53,048 bases of DNA from a virus. Taxonomy: Duplodnaviria; Caudoviricetes. Below are positions 1-9,881 of the stretch, piece by piece. The translations under genes and the position numbers were made by a program. Within the stretch, counting starts at the first letter, position 1. Each line of letters starts with the position of its first letter. The stretch lies in the IMG/VR virus record IMGVR_UViG_3300024302_000014, positions 1-53,048 of that record; one strand, 5' to 3'. Below the pieces are notes generated by a model, which saw nothing but the letters and a program-made list of their open reading frames with translations, was not told the origin of the DNA and did no database searches.

Positions 1-71
1 CTCGGTGGAGCTATCTGGTCATCGTGTCTATTGACCGATAGTTCTAATTGGTTTATTCGTTGTTCGATAGG

Positions 72-173
72 TTACTCCGTGTTTAGTTCTACTTTATCAG
101 CTTCTTCTTGAACCCAAGCGCTGATTGCTGATAATGCGCCAACTGATGCTAGTATTATTTCTGAGAGTTCCAT
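72..173 (-). CDS. 33-aa peptide (MELSEIILASVGALSAISAWVQEEADKVELNTE), possibly a truncated or chimeric remnant
   Basis: Read manually: ATG at 173, TAA at 72-74; contains AWVQEEADKV, identical to a stretch of the 236-aa protein at 3564-4274. Confidence 0.35.
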   Translation of the reverse strand: MELSEIILASVGALSAISAWVQEEADKVELNTE

Positions 174-182
174 TCATATTCC

Positions 183-464
183 TTATGCAGGTGTGGCCAT
201 AGCAGCCATTTCTGCTTCTGATTCTGCTTGACGTACTGCCGCTGACTTAATATCTGCTGCTAGTACCACTGCTTCTTTGTCAGCAGGGATAGATGTTATT
301 GTAGGGTCTGCTGTCATACGAGCAACTTCTTCGTTATAGATTTCATCCATAGCAATTCTAGCTCTGTTTTGTAAGGCATTGTCTGCCCAGTCTTGTACGT
401 CTAGTGCTACGTATTCCATAGCCTTAGTTTCTGCGTCTGTTAGTGTTATTGTGTAAGTTGTCAT
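183..464 (-). CDS. Small virion or fibre-associated protein
   Basis: 93-aa ORF directly downstream of the C1q-domain fibre gene; AAGGA RBS. Confidence 0.6.
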   Translation of the reverse strand: MTTYTITLTDAETKAMEYVALDVQDWADNALQNRARIAMDEIYNEEVARMTADPTITSIPADKEAVVLAADIKSAAVRQAESEAEMAAMATPA

Positions 465-486
465 AATTATTCCTTTGTTTATTAAA

Positions 487-1977
487 TTAACCTAGTAAGT
501 ACCCTGAGAACGATGTTCTTGTGTTGCCCCCACTTATTGAAAAAGCAACATCAGAGTAACATCGTAATCTTACAGTGTCCCCTGCTGCTAGATTAAGAAT
601 AGTCGAGCCTCCTAATGTGTTATCACTTGTGTACTCATCGTTGACTGTTCTCCTGCCCTCAAAATATGGAGTGCTATTCACATTATTTACTAGTACCCCT
701 ATATAAAGATAGTTTGTAGTTACGTTAGAGTGGTAAGTAGCAGAAATTAGATATTTACCTGATACAGGGGCGGTGAAATATCCTGTAGATGTACTATAAT
801 CATTCCCTACATTAAAATATGTAGTATTTGGTGTTACGGAATGCCACCCTGCAGCAACTGATACACTAGCACTCAAATACGCACTAAAAGCAGGCTGATA
901 AGGCGTAGTCACAATACCTGCTGAGTCTATGCGCATACGTTCTGCGCCACCAGCGCTAAAGTATAAATCACCTGCTGCATCTTGATTCTTGATAGCAAGA
1001 TGCTTAGTGTTAGCATAGCTAATAATATAATGAGTGCCATCAATAGCACTTTGTCTAAAATGAAGCTGTGTGTTTGCCGTATTTAATACATCGCCTACCC
1101 TCACAATACTATTTGTAGCATCAAGCTGTAAAAGTTCAGTAGTAGCGTTATCATCAATACCTGTTGAGGTGAAGCCATCACAAGTAACACTACCAGTAAC
1201 ATCAACACCAGTAGAGGTTGTGGCTAGTTTGGTTACACCAGCACGTTTAATTTCTAAATCACCACCTGCTGCATCTATACTTCCTCCACTACCGCTTTCT
1301 TCTTTGAATTTAATATAGTCATATGGACTATCTCCCACTCTGAAGGCTAGCGTGTCAGCATCCGTTTGATAAAGGTAATGTTCACTACTGCCAATCTTTA
1401 CGCCAGTAGTTTTAAGAATACCAGTCATAGTACCACCAGCTTTAGGTAATGCTGCATTAGCAGTAGTTGTAGTAGATGTTAATACACCATCTCTAGTTGA
1501 AATATCTACACCATCCACCGTAAAGGTAGAAGTATCTAAATTACCACCTAACTGAGGGGTAGTGTCATTAACTAAGTCAGTAACTACGGTCTTCCAAGTG
1601 TTATCGCCTGCTAGATATGTTGTGCCACTCTTAGTACCTGTAGCGCTTAGTTGAGCAGTACCAACTACACCATCACTAGGCGTACCAATATCTACTGCTT
1701 GTCCTTGCCATACCGCCCAAAAGGTTGAGCCTGTAGCTGGTGCTGATGAGAATACAATGTTTGAGCCTGAGACCTTAAAGCCTTCAGTACCTGTGTCATC
1801 AGGTTCTTGTAATACACCGTTAATGCTTACTAATAACTGTCCTGACTTAGCAGGGTTAATAGCTAGTGATGATGCTGTTAGAGCAAATGATGTTAGCGTA
1901 CCGTTGAAGGTAGAACTTATGTCATCAACGATTTGATAATTACCAATGTTGGCTGGACTGTTACCGATATAAGCCAT
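487..1977 (-). CDS. Tail fibre-like protein with C-terminal C1q/TNF-like domain
   Basis: N-terminal MAYIGNSP motif typical of phage fibre proteins; C-terminal PAFSAY...GYFTAPVSGKYLIS...LNLAAGDTV...FSGYLLG is a C1q signature. Confidence 0.8.
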   Translation of the reverse strand: MAYIGNSPANIGNYQIVDDISSTFNGTLTSFALTASSLAINPAKSGQLLVSINGVLQEPDDTGTEGFKVSGSNIVFSSAPATGSTFWAVWQGQAVDIGTPSDGVVGTAQLSATGTKSGTTYLAGDNTWKTVVTDLVNDTTPQLGGNLDTSTFTVDGVDISTRDGVLTSTTTTANAALPKAGGTMTGILKTTGVKIGSSEHYLYQTDADTLAFRVGDSPYDYIKFKEESGSGGSIDAAGGDLEIKRAGVTKLATTSTGVDVTGSVTCDGFTSTGIDDNATTELLQLDATNSIVRVGDVLNTANTQLHFRQSAIDGTHYIISYANTKHLAIKNQDAAGDLYFSAGGAERMRIDSAGIVTTPYQPAFSAYLSASVSVAAGWHSVTPNTTYFNVGNDYSTSTGYFTAPVSGKYLISATYHSNVTTNYLYIGVLVNNVNSTPYFEGRRTVNDEYTSDNTLGGSTILNLAAGDTVRLRCYSDVAFSISGGNTRTSFSGYLLG

Positions 1978-2334
1978 CTATGTTTCTCCTGTTATTTCTA
2001 CCCAAGAGGTAGTGTCTTCATCCCAAGAGTACATTAAGTCATCTGTTGGGTATGGTACGGGTGAATCCCATAGACAAGTGTCTTCGTTAAGAATCCACGA
2101 AGCGTATGGTTGAGGTGCGATAAAAGCATCACGAACTGAATCGTATGTGTATCCTACTCCTGCGTAATTCTTTCTTAGAGGTGTGCCACCTTCTGAGTGA
2201 ACTCCACCTTGTGTGTTGTAAGATGTTTGAATCCATTCACCCGGAGATGTATCAACGAAGGTATCAAAGAACTCAGCTTCTGCAACTATCACTTGTGTTA
2301 CTAAACCATTACTTACTTTTGCATAATGTGCCAT
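1978..2334 (-). CDS. Small conserved phage protein (MAHYAKV type), partner of the glycine-rich protein
   Basis: WIQTSYN...LRKNYAGVGYTYD..RDAFIAPQPYASW motif, typically adjacent to glycine-rich virion genes. Confidence 0.7.
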   Translation of the reverse strand: MAHYAKVSNGLVTQVIVAEAEFFDTFVDTSPGEWIQTSYNTQGGVHSEGGTPLRKNYAGVGYTYDSVRDAFIAPQPYASWILNEDTCLWDSPVPYPTDDLMYSWDEDTTSWVEITGET

Positions 2335-2343
2335 ATATTCTCC

Positions 2344-3564
2344 TTAAACTACGTAGCGAATAACTACAATGCCTGAACCGCCTGAGCCACCAGGTACACC
2401 ATCGCCTGTACCTGAACCACCACCACCGCCGCCGAGGTTAGCAGTCGCTGGGATTGGGGTTCCTGTTTCTAAGATACCATTTGCTCCACCACCATCACCG
2501 CCTATCGCAGTTATGCCTGCTGCTTGAGCTGCACCAGCACCGCCACCACCAGCATAGTAAATGTTAGAACCTGTTCTTAAATTATTAGTAAGCCCATCAC
2601 CGCCATAAGCTGTAGAGTCAGTGTTGCCTGCTTCTCCTGCACCTCCACCGCCACCACCAATACCTGATGAACGAGAACCTGCTGCATTACCTTGCCCTGC
2701 TGTTCCCGAGCCAGGTGAACCATTATTACGCCAAGAACCCCCACCTGAACCACCATTACCCCCATCGTACCCGCTAACGCCTTCGCCTGAGCCACCACCA
2801 CCGCCGCCTATTGATGTAATTGTACTAAAAATACTATTACCTCCTTGACCTCCAATGGTGTTAAGTGAGCCACCACCACCTCCGCCTCCAACCGTGATAG
2901 AGTAATTTTGAGCTGAAACAGAAAATCCTGTTGCGGTTCTAAAACCGCCAGCACCGCCACCGCCACCACCAGAACGACCACCACCGCCACCACCAGCAAC
3001 AACAAGATAATCAACAGACCCTGATGCTTCAGCAGTAAACGTACCTGATGATGTAAATGTATGAACTTTGTAATTAGTACCACCTGATGAATATGTTGAT
3101 TCTGTACCACCAGTAGCAGAGAACTTATTACTCATTTGGTCCCAACCTGAGCCTGACCAAACCTTCATAGAATTAGTGCCAGTAGTAGTATCAAACCACA
3201 TATCACCTGCAGCAGGACTAGATGGAGCGCTAGTAGATTTAGTTACTGTTTCGATACCAGTTAAATTAGCACCAGAGATAGCAGGTAGCGTAGATGGGAA
3301 TCTAGCGTCAGCAATAGTACCTGTTAAGTCAGCAGCAGGTAAATCAATACCCAAGGCCTCAATAGAAGCTTTAGTAGGGTTAGTAGCGTGGGCTGTTACA
3401 CTCGCTGCTGGTAATGTTACTGTCTTGCTTGATAGGTCTAATGTGCTGTCTAATCTAGCCGTAGGAATAGTACCTGTTGTAATATTACTAGCATCTGTAG
3501 TATCTGTTGTAGCTGATGTGGCTAACCCTGATACAGCGCCACTTGTTACTTTAGTTAGTGCCAT
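2344..3564 (-). CDS. Glycine-rich domain virion protein
   Basis: ATGG..YKVHTFTSSGTF..YLVVAGGGGGG...GGSGIVVIRY glycine-rich domain; APSSPAAGDMWFDT linker. Confidence 0.8.
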   Translation of the reverse strand: MALTKVTSGAVSGLATSATTDTTDASNITTGTIPTARLDSTLDLSSKTVTLPAASVTAHATNPTKASIEALGIDLPAADLTGTIADARFPSTLPAISGANLTGIETVTKSTSAPSSPAAGDMWFDTTTGTNSMKVWSGSGWDQMSNKFSATGGTESTYSSGGTNYKVHTFTSSGTFTAEASGSVDYLVVAGGGGGGRSGGGGGGAGGFRTATGFSVSAQNYSITVGGGGGGGSLNTIGGQGGNSIFSTITSIGGGGGGSGEGVSGYDGGNGGSGGGSWRNNGSPGSGTAGQGNAAGSRSSGIGGGGGGAGEAGNTDSTAYGGDGLTNNLRTGSNIYYAGGGGAGAAQAAGITAIGGDGGGANGILETGTPIPATANLGGGGGGSGTGDGVPGGSGGSGIVVIRYVV

Positions 3565-4274
3565 TAGTTAGTCTCCTTGTATTTGGTAATTACAGCAGCA
3601 GGTGTAGCATCAACCACAGCCTGTGCTTCTACTCTTTCTAAGTTATCCTGAGTAATCTCAGGGTTCTCGATAATAGTAGTTACAGGCTCTGCATCAATAT
3701 CTTCAGAGTATGTTGTAACTTCTACTGTAGCTTCTAAAGGCTCAATAGCAGTCTGAACAATAACCTCTTCCTGAATGAATGTAGGCTCGCCATCAGTTAG
3801 CACAAGCATACCTTCAGCATCAACTACGTATTCAGTAGTGTCCTGCATCTCAGTAAGTTCAACTCTACCGTCAGCTAATACATACGCCTCTAGTCTAGCT
3901 GTAGCTACTTTGTAGGCTTGTAGTTGCTCTGCGAATAACACCTTATCAGCTTCTTCTTGCACCCAAGCAGGTACATCAGCAATCGTTGTACCACCTGTAA
4001 TAGTCTTAGGAAATCTAGTCTTAACGTCTGCTACGTGAGCCACCTGAGTGCCATCAGCAATCATACCTAGCTGTTCACCTGTAGAGGCATAACCATCTTC
4101 ACCAGTTCTTAGTGCTACATAATCAGGTTCGATAACATCAGCACCTTCTACGATAGAGATACCTTCTTTCTTAACGTCTTGTAGGAACTGTTGGTAATCG
4201 CGATTTCCGTCTGCGATGGGTACTGAAGCATTATCAGATAATCTTTGTATTGAGTCTTCGTTTAGTTTATACAT
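3564..4274 (-). CDS. Tail fibre assembly-like protein
   Basis: N-terminal IQRLSDNASVPIADGNRDYQQFL resembles fibre-assembly N-termini; follows a fibre-like gene. Confidence 0.55.
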   Translation of the reverse strand: MYKLNEDSIQRLSDNASVPIADGNRDYQQFLQDVKKEGISIVEGADVIEPDYVALRTGEDGYASTGEQLGMIADGTQVAHVADVKTRFPKTITGGTTIADVPAWVQEEADKVLFAEQLQAYKVATARLEAYVLADGRVELTEMQDTTEYVVDAEGMLVLTDGEPTFIQEEVIVQTAIEPLEATVEVTTYSEDIDAEPVTTIIENPEITQDNLERVEAQAVVDATPAAVITKYKETN

Positions 4275-4286
4275 AATAATCTCCTG

Positions 4287-5441
4287 TTAAAGTTCTGCGT
4301 CAGCTTGTATATTATCGACTTTCGGCTCTATAGGATTACCTAATGCACCGTACGAGTTTATTGCGCCATAGCCAGTAAACCCTGATTTTGATTTAAATCT
4401 AAATTCGGTGGGTGTCCATGTAACAGCCCCGCTTATGTGTGTCATATCGCAGGACAAAGTAGTCCCACTTATTAGACTGACTGTGGGTTCACTTCGCATC
4501 TCTACAGGTAGTCGAAATCCAAAAGTAGCTTGTGTTGAATGAACACTCACGCCTAGCGCACCATTAGATATACCTCTCTGATAGTACCTCTGACACAAAG
4601 CCAGTTCCTCACCATAACTACGGTGTTCAAAGTCTGTGGCTACTGAGCCTAGTTCTAGTTGGACGCCTGTAAAACGCATACTATTAGAAGTAGAGTCTAC
4701 ATTATTGACTTGGTTTGCAGTGCCATATCCCTGACCCGCTTCCCAAGTATTTGCAGTTCCTTGATAATTTGCACCAAGATAGGTGGCAAAGTATAAGATC
4801 AATCCTGTGTTTGTATCAGTTGCCCAAGTTCCAGTAGTATCAACAGGTAAAGTCGTTGTTGCCTTTTCCCAAGTGTTAGAAGTTGTTTGTGTGTATTCTG
4901 CTGCATAATGTCTATTATTAGCACCACTCTGTATGCCAAAGCTATGTGTACCAGTTTTAGTATGCTTATGCCAAAATGAAAGTGTTACATACCTAACACC
5001 TGCCTGCCCAAAACCTGCGTGAGCGATATCTTGCCCCTCTAAATGCATTCTAGTGTAGTACCTATTAGTAGCGGTAGTGCTTGTGTCAATAGTTGTACAG
5101 GTAAATTTAAGACAATTTACAAAGTTTGTTCCAGCCTCTGCAGCTGTAGGGGCATCAGCCTCTTGAGTATAGTTACCATCCGCTGCGGTGGTGTGAATAC
5201 CCGCACGCCATCTATCTAAAATATATGCACCTGAAGCTGGGTTAGTAAAGCTAGTTCCCCTCTGTGCCACTCGCATATCACCATTAATAATCAGGTTCTT
5301 TCTACCTGCACCGATAAGACTTCTTACTTCCTGAGCGGTTTCAGCTTGTAGTATCTCATTACCTTTTAGACCTTTGTTAGTCTCCAGTTCATTCAGCTTC
5401 TCACGAAGATTGATTGGTTCTTTAGTTACTTGTATAGTCAT
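4287..5441 (-). CDS. Virion protein with carbohydrate-binding-like beta-sandwich
   Basis: GRKNLIINGDMRVAQRGT ... GVQLELGSVATDFEHRSYGEELALCQRYY motif pair common in phage fibre proteins. Confidence 0.75.
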   Translation of the reverse strand: MTIQVTKEPINLREKLNELETNKGLKGNEILQAETAQEVRSLIGAGRKNLIINGDMRVAQRGTSFTNPASGAYILDRWRAGIHTTAADGNYTQEADAPTAAEAGTNFVNCLKFTCTTIDTSTTATNRYYTRMHLEGQDIAHAGFGQAGVRYVTLSFWHKHTKTGTHSFGIQSGANNRHYAAEYTQTTSNTWEKATTTLPVDTTGTWATDTNTGLILYFATYLGANYQGTANTWEAGQGYGTANQVNNVDSTSNSMRFTGVQLELGSVATDFEHRSYGEELALCQRYYQRGISNGALGVSVHSTQATFGFRLPVEMRSEPTVSLISGTTLSCDMTHISGAVTWTPTEFRFKSKSGFTGYGAINSYGALGNPIEPKVDNIQADAEL

Positions 5442-8038
5442 TATGCTTTCTCCGTAATGCGCATACCACCTTGTTGTGATACCTCTGTGAAATTACCTAA
5501 CTCTTCATCAACCCTACGTAAACCTTTGAATACTGATAGAGATGAGCTAGTTCCAACAACTAATTCAGAAGTTGAGTCATCGTATGCTAGACACTGTACT
5601 GCGTCTGACGTTCCGTTTAGAGTACACTTAGCGTTCTCTTGGAATAGAGGTTTCTCTGCATTATAAATCTCAAGTATCTGGGCAGCTGTTGGAGCTGTTG
5701 CTGAGATACGGAATAGGGCTAGTGAGCCTCCATACGGCACAGTATTGTGGGCAATACCCCTACCGATACGGAAGATATGGTCAACGTCGCCTATGCTCCC
5801 CGTGTAAGCGAAGCTCCCTTTAAGAACCCCATCCACATAGAAGAACGCTGTGTTTGCTCTACCAACCAAACTGTAGCTACTCCAAATATTCGTCCCAGAA
5901 ACTCCAGTACTATACGAAGTATTTCCGACAGTGAACCCAATAGTAGTATTCATCCATACGTAGAGCCTACCAGATGTGTCTGTAGGAGAACCAAACAAAC
6001 CTTCTTGGTCTGCCCCTAACCTCTCAAAAAGTACACTTGATGAATCTGTGCCTTTTTGCCACCACATAATACTAAAGTCACCAGTACCAAAGTCTAAATC
6101 AGCGTTGTAAGGCTGTTCAAGATAATTAGATGCACTAAAGCCACTATAAGCTACAAGGTCTGCACCCGTTGCTACAGCAGTCTTAGTGATTGTACCGTTG
6201 ACTTGAAGACCATTTCCGTTCACTGAGCGGTCTGAGTCGGCTAGGCGTAAGTCTAGTGTGTATGTTAGATTGCCACCAGAATAGCCACTATATAGGACAA
6301 GAGTAGGACTACCGCTACCAGCGGTAGTAAAAGTAATATTACCATTGAGCGTGCCTACCGATGGTGTATCAGTATATACAGTACCTGCTACAATGTTACC
6401 TATGTGATTTTTATAGATAACACTGTTCGGATAAGTAAAATCTGTTGACCAAGAAACAACATAACTTGTAGATGCCGCTAATCCATTTAAAGTAAGATTA
6501 ACATAGCCATCGCCAGAGGCTTCGTCATCGTCTATAACCACTGTGGACGAACCAGCTACATAAGAATATGATGTTACTCTAGAGGCCGTATTGAAGGCAG
6601 CTCCAGACATTAAGTTTGTACCAACTGCATTAGTAGTATCAGTATCAGATAGCCAAGCACCTTTAATATCACCAGTCATATAACCGCTGTTGTAGGTTGA
6701 GGTTAGGTAGGCTACTGAGGATAATGCGCTCGATGTAGTTGGGGAATTTTCATTATAGTCTTTAAAGAAAGTAACACCGTAACTATGTGCTCTAATTCTA
6801 TTTTCAGCAGTATGCACAGATTGGTCATTAGAAGCCCATTTAGTCCAATACGAAGGGATAGCGCCCACGTTATTAGATACTTCATAATTATTAAATGGTA
6901 GTGCAGTAACATCTCCCCAAAGCTGGTGATTAGTTCCAGCCATAAAGAATATATTACTAGTATTTGGTTGGAAAGTTATATTAGTAACAATAGCATTATA
7001 AACCAGTGTGCTATCACTAACAACACTACCATCATCCTTAATAACACTCACACCACCATCAGTAGCTACTGCAATAGTAGGTATAGGTAGTCCAGTTGTA
7101 GAGTCTATAGGAGCATTAGGTAGGACTGTCATTGCTACGTCGTTGGCTCTACTGTGCACAAGCTTACCAATACCATTATATTCTTGGTATGGTCCGTCAG
7201 CGGTTTTGTGCCTATTGGATATACTCGAGTATGACCTGCCATCCGCAGTGCTACTAATAGACCCCCAATCAGAAATAAACTGTGCAATATGAGCACCACT
7301 CCACGTTACATTCGCTCCGCTCGTATTCACAACCAATACACCTTGTAGCATTGCCACAGAGTTTATATCTTCACTTGCGGTATGAGCCCATACATAATTA
7401 TTCGCCAAGCTAAACACCATCCACATATCTAAGTCAGGTGTATCACCATCATAAATAGTTAGTTTCCGTGCCTCAGCTACAATCACAGCAACACTAGGGA
7501 ACTCTTTACGAGAACCACGAGTAGCTGTGTTTAAAGTTTCATTGTACCAAGAGGTAGCCTGTGTGCGTTTTCTCCAAGCACCACCATCTGAGTCATTCGA
7601 GGTATCGTAAATGAATACATCTACTGCGTTACCTGTGATGGCTGCTGTGTTGTTATAAGCTGCTAGGGTTGTGTCACCGTCTATTGCTAAGTCACCTGTT
7701 ATAGTACCACCAGCTTTAGGTAGTGCGTTATCCGCTGTAGTACCTTGAGTAGAAGTAGCATAATCAGTTGTATCAAATGCCTTAACGGCTGCGAGGTTAG
7801 TTACCTCAGAGTCCATCAAAGCACCTGAAGAGGTTACATTAACTGTGTCTGTTACATCAGCCGAAGCCTCAATACCATCTAACTTACTAGAGTTTAACTT
7901 AGCATCAGTAATAGAATTATCTGCAATCTCTGCTAGTTCAATCGAACCATCTACAATCTTAGAAGCGTCAATACTGTTAGCTGGAATATCATCTGCTGTT
8001 ACTGGTACCGCTGAGGGTGCTCTACCTACGTATGGCAT
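5441..8038 (-). CDS. Tail fibre or receptor-binding-like protein with C-terminal LamG/concanavalin-like domain
   Basis: MPYVGRAP start; DFGTGDFSIMWW...FFYVDG...FRISATAPTAAQILEIYN LamG-like signature. Confidence 0.7.
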   Translation of the reverse strand: MPYVGRAPSAVPVTADDIPANSIDASKIVDGSIELAEIADNSITDAKLNSSKLDGIEASADVTDTVNVTSSGALMDSEVTNLAAVKAFDTTDYATSTQGTTADNALPKAGGTITGDLAIDGDTTLAAYNNTAAITGNAVDVFIYDTSNDSDGGAWRKRTQATSWYNETLNTATRGSRKEFPSVAVIVAEARKLTIYDGDTPDLDMWMVFSLANNYVWAHTASEDINSVAMLQGVLVVNTSGANVTWSGAHIAQFISDWGSISSTADGRSYSSISNRHKTADGPYQEYNGIGKLVHSRANDVAMTVLPNAPIDSTTGLPIPTIAVATDGGVSVIKDDGSVVSDSTLVYNAIVTNITFQPNTSNIFFMAGTNHQLWGDVTALPFNNYEVSNNVGAIPSYWTKWASNDQSVHTAENRIRAHSYGVTFFKDYNENSPTTSSALSSVAYLTSTYNSGYMTGDIKGAWLSDTDTTNAVGTNLMSGAAFNTASRVTSYSYVAGSSTVVIDDDEASGDGYVNLTLNGLAASTSYVVSWSTDFTYPNSVIYKNHIGNIVAGTVYTDTPSVGTLNGNITFTTAGSGSPTLVLYSGYSGGNLTYTLDLRLADSDRSVNGNGLQVNGTITKTAVATGADLVAYSGFSASNYLEQPYNADLDFGTGDFSIMWWQKGTDSSSVLFERLGADQEGLFGSPTDTSGRLYVWMNTTIGFTVGNTSYSTGVSGTNIWSSYSLVGRANTAFFYVDGVLKGSFAYTGSIGDVDHIFRIGRGIAHNTVPYGGSLALFRISATAPTAAQILEIYNAEKPLFQENAKCTLNGTSDAVQCLAYDDSTSELVVGTSSSLSVFKGLRRVDEELGNFTEVSQQGGMRITEKA

Positions 8039-8053
8039 ATTAGTCTCCTAAAA

Positions 8054-8398
8054 TTAAGTGATTTCCATAATTGATAACACTGCATCTAATGCAGAAGCCG
8101 TATCACTCTGGATTTTAATAATGTCCCCTGCCTCAAGATTAATCTTGTTGCCTGACATCATCTCTACAGATGAGCCAGAAGGTAATGGGATGTTTCTAAT
8201 GAAGTACACATCGTCTGCGTTCTCTCCTGTGGTAGAAGCTGTCACAATCTGTGCACTAGCTGTTACTGAAGCTCCTAAGATATTAGCTACTGTCAGCCCG
8301 ATAACTACCGTAGTGGTACTTGCAGGTACTGTGTAGACCGTAGTAAGCGCCGTGCCTACTGCTGCCTTTGTTTTTAATTTAAATGTATTTGTTGCCAT
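8054..8398 (-). CDS. Small virion structural protein
   Basis: MATNTFK...VYTVPASTTTVVIGL...SIMEIT family, usually found after fibre genes ending in AIALG. Confidence 0.7.
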   Translation of the reverse strand: MATNTFKLKTKAAVGTALTTVYTVPASTTTVVIGLTVANILGASVTASAQIVTASTTGENADDVYFIRNIPLPSGSSVEMMSGNKINLEAGDIIKIQSDTASALDAVLSIMEIT

Positions 8399-8408
8399 TT
8401 ATATTCTC

Positions 8409-9881
8409 CTATCCTAATGCAATTGCCATAGCGACGGCTTCTGCCGTCTTGCTATCTAGCATTGTCTGTAAATTAACCACCTCTGAAATTGAGTGAGTAG
8501 CTGGGTGTGTGTAGTTAGTGGCACTTTCTTCAATATTGTCTAATTTCGTCTGCAATGTAGTTGTGAAGTTCTTTTGCGTTAATCCATTGTCGCCCACTGA
8601 ATAAGTTGTATCAGTGTAGTTGCCAGCATGTAAGTTTGTTGCGCCTTGGTCTGCTGTCCAATCAATATGCTCATTAGCCACAAAGTCACTTAAACCATCA
8701 TGAGTCACTGATACTGCGCCTGTATCCCCATTAACACTTGATACTGCATCAGTAGGAGTTGCTAGCAACGTGTAGTCAGCCATAGTTCCTGCTGTACCCC
8801 CGTTATGGCAGTAAGTCTTATTCTCATCAGAGCGAACAACAATATCACCTTCCTGAGCCGTTAAGGCTAGTTGAGTTACTTGATTAGTCGCTGTCTGTAC
8901 TGATGTTAAAGCTAAAGGGCTTGCTGAAAAAACAGTGCCTGCTAGTGTAAGACCTGTGCCTGCTGTATATGTCGTGTTAGTATTTGTATCAGTTGAAGAT
9001 ATTGTGCCGTCACCAGCGATAGTCACATTAGTTCCCGCTGTTAAAGCAGAAACAACATTAGTTGTGTCTGTCACATCAGCGCTTGCCTCAACACCATCAA
9101 GCTTAGTTTTAAGCGTGGTAGTGAAATTCTTTTGAGTCAATCCGTTATCACCAACCGAATAAGTAGTATCAGTTGAACTAACCGTACCCCCCGCTGAAAT
9201 TGCAACATTAGTGCCTGCTGTCAATGAAGCTACAACATTAGTTGTGTCCGTCACATCAGCGCTATCTTCAATACCTGATAACTTAGTCTGTTCAGCATCA
9301 CTGAATTCATTAGTATCTGTATTAGACTCGTAAGCTGTTTTAATCTCACTGGCAGACTGGTCAGCTGTAGCACTATCCTCAATATTCCCTAACTTAGTCT
9401 TTTCAGCGCTAGTGAAGCTCTTCTCCGATAACTCACCATCTTGTACAGAATAAGTTGTGTTATTATCAGGTATGGTAACTACATCTGTTGACCCATCTCC
9501 TCTCGTAAGAGTGATTGTATGGTCACTAATCGTCATTGCATCCGTTGAAGAGCTTAAAGACTGATTAGACGTTTTATTTGTTTTAGTACCTAGAGCTGTA
9601 GTAACAGTTGAAGCATAAGAAGCATCATCATTAATTGCTTCTGCCAGCTCATTTAGAGTATCTAAGGCTCCAGGAGCTCCTCCTACTAAGTCTGATATCT
9701 TCGTATCTATTGCAGACTCTGAAATAGTAAGAGTAGGTAAATTATCCCAAGGGGCAATACCGTCACCTATTTTTAGTATACTATTGCTAGTATCTTGTCC
9801 TATCTCTCCTTGAGAGAGTATCGGATTTACAGAAGCCCAATTTGCTGCTGTGTCTCTTCTAAATTGAATTTTTGCTGCCAT
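8409..9881 (-). CDS. Tail fibre protein with Mtd_N/hyaluronidase-like N-terminal domain and internal repeats
   Basis: IQFRRDTAANWASVNPILSQGEIG..KIGDG..W N-terminus; APGALDTLNELAEAI motif; two copies each of DTTYSVGDNGLTQKNFTTTL and ADVTDTTNVV; ends AMAIALG. Confidence 0.8.
   Translation of the reverse strand: MAAKIQFRRDTAANWASVNPILSQGEIGQDTSNSILKIGDGIAPWDNLPTLTISESAIDTKISDLVGGAPGALDTLNELAEAINDDASYASTVTTALGTKTNKTSNQSLSSSTDAMTISDHTITLTRGDGSTDVVTIPDNNTTYSVQDGELSEKSFTSAEKTKLGNIEDSATADQSASEIKTAYESNTDTNEFSDAEQTKLSGIEDSADVTDTTNVVASLTAGTNVAISAGGTVSSTDTTYSVGDNGLTQKNFTTTLKTKLDGVEASADVTDTTNVVSALTAGTNVTIAGDGTISSTDTNTNTTYTAGTGLTLAGTVFSASPLALTSVQTATNQVTQLALTAQEGDIVVRSDENKTYCHNGGTAGTMADYTLLATPTDAVSSVNGDTGAVSVTHDGLSDFVANEHIDWTADQGATNLHAGNYTDTTYSVGDNGLTQKNFTTTLQTKLDNIEESATNYTHPATHSISEVVNLQTMLDSKTAEAVAMAIALG

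Noticed and set aside
8409-9881. Diversity-generating retroelement suggested by the Mtd_N-like domain
   Set aside because: No reverse transcriptase and no template/variable repeat pair with adenine-specific mismatches seen in the window
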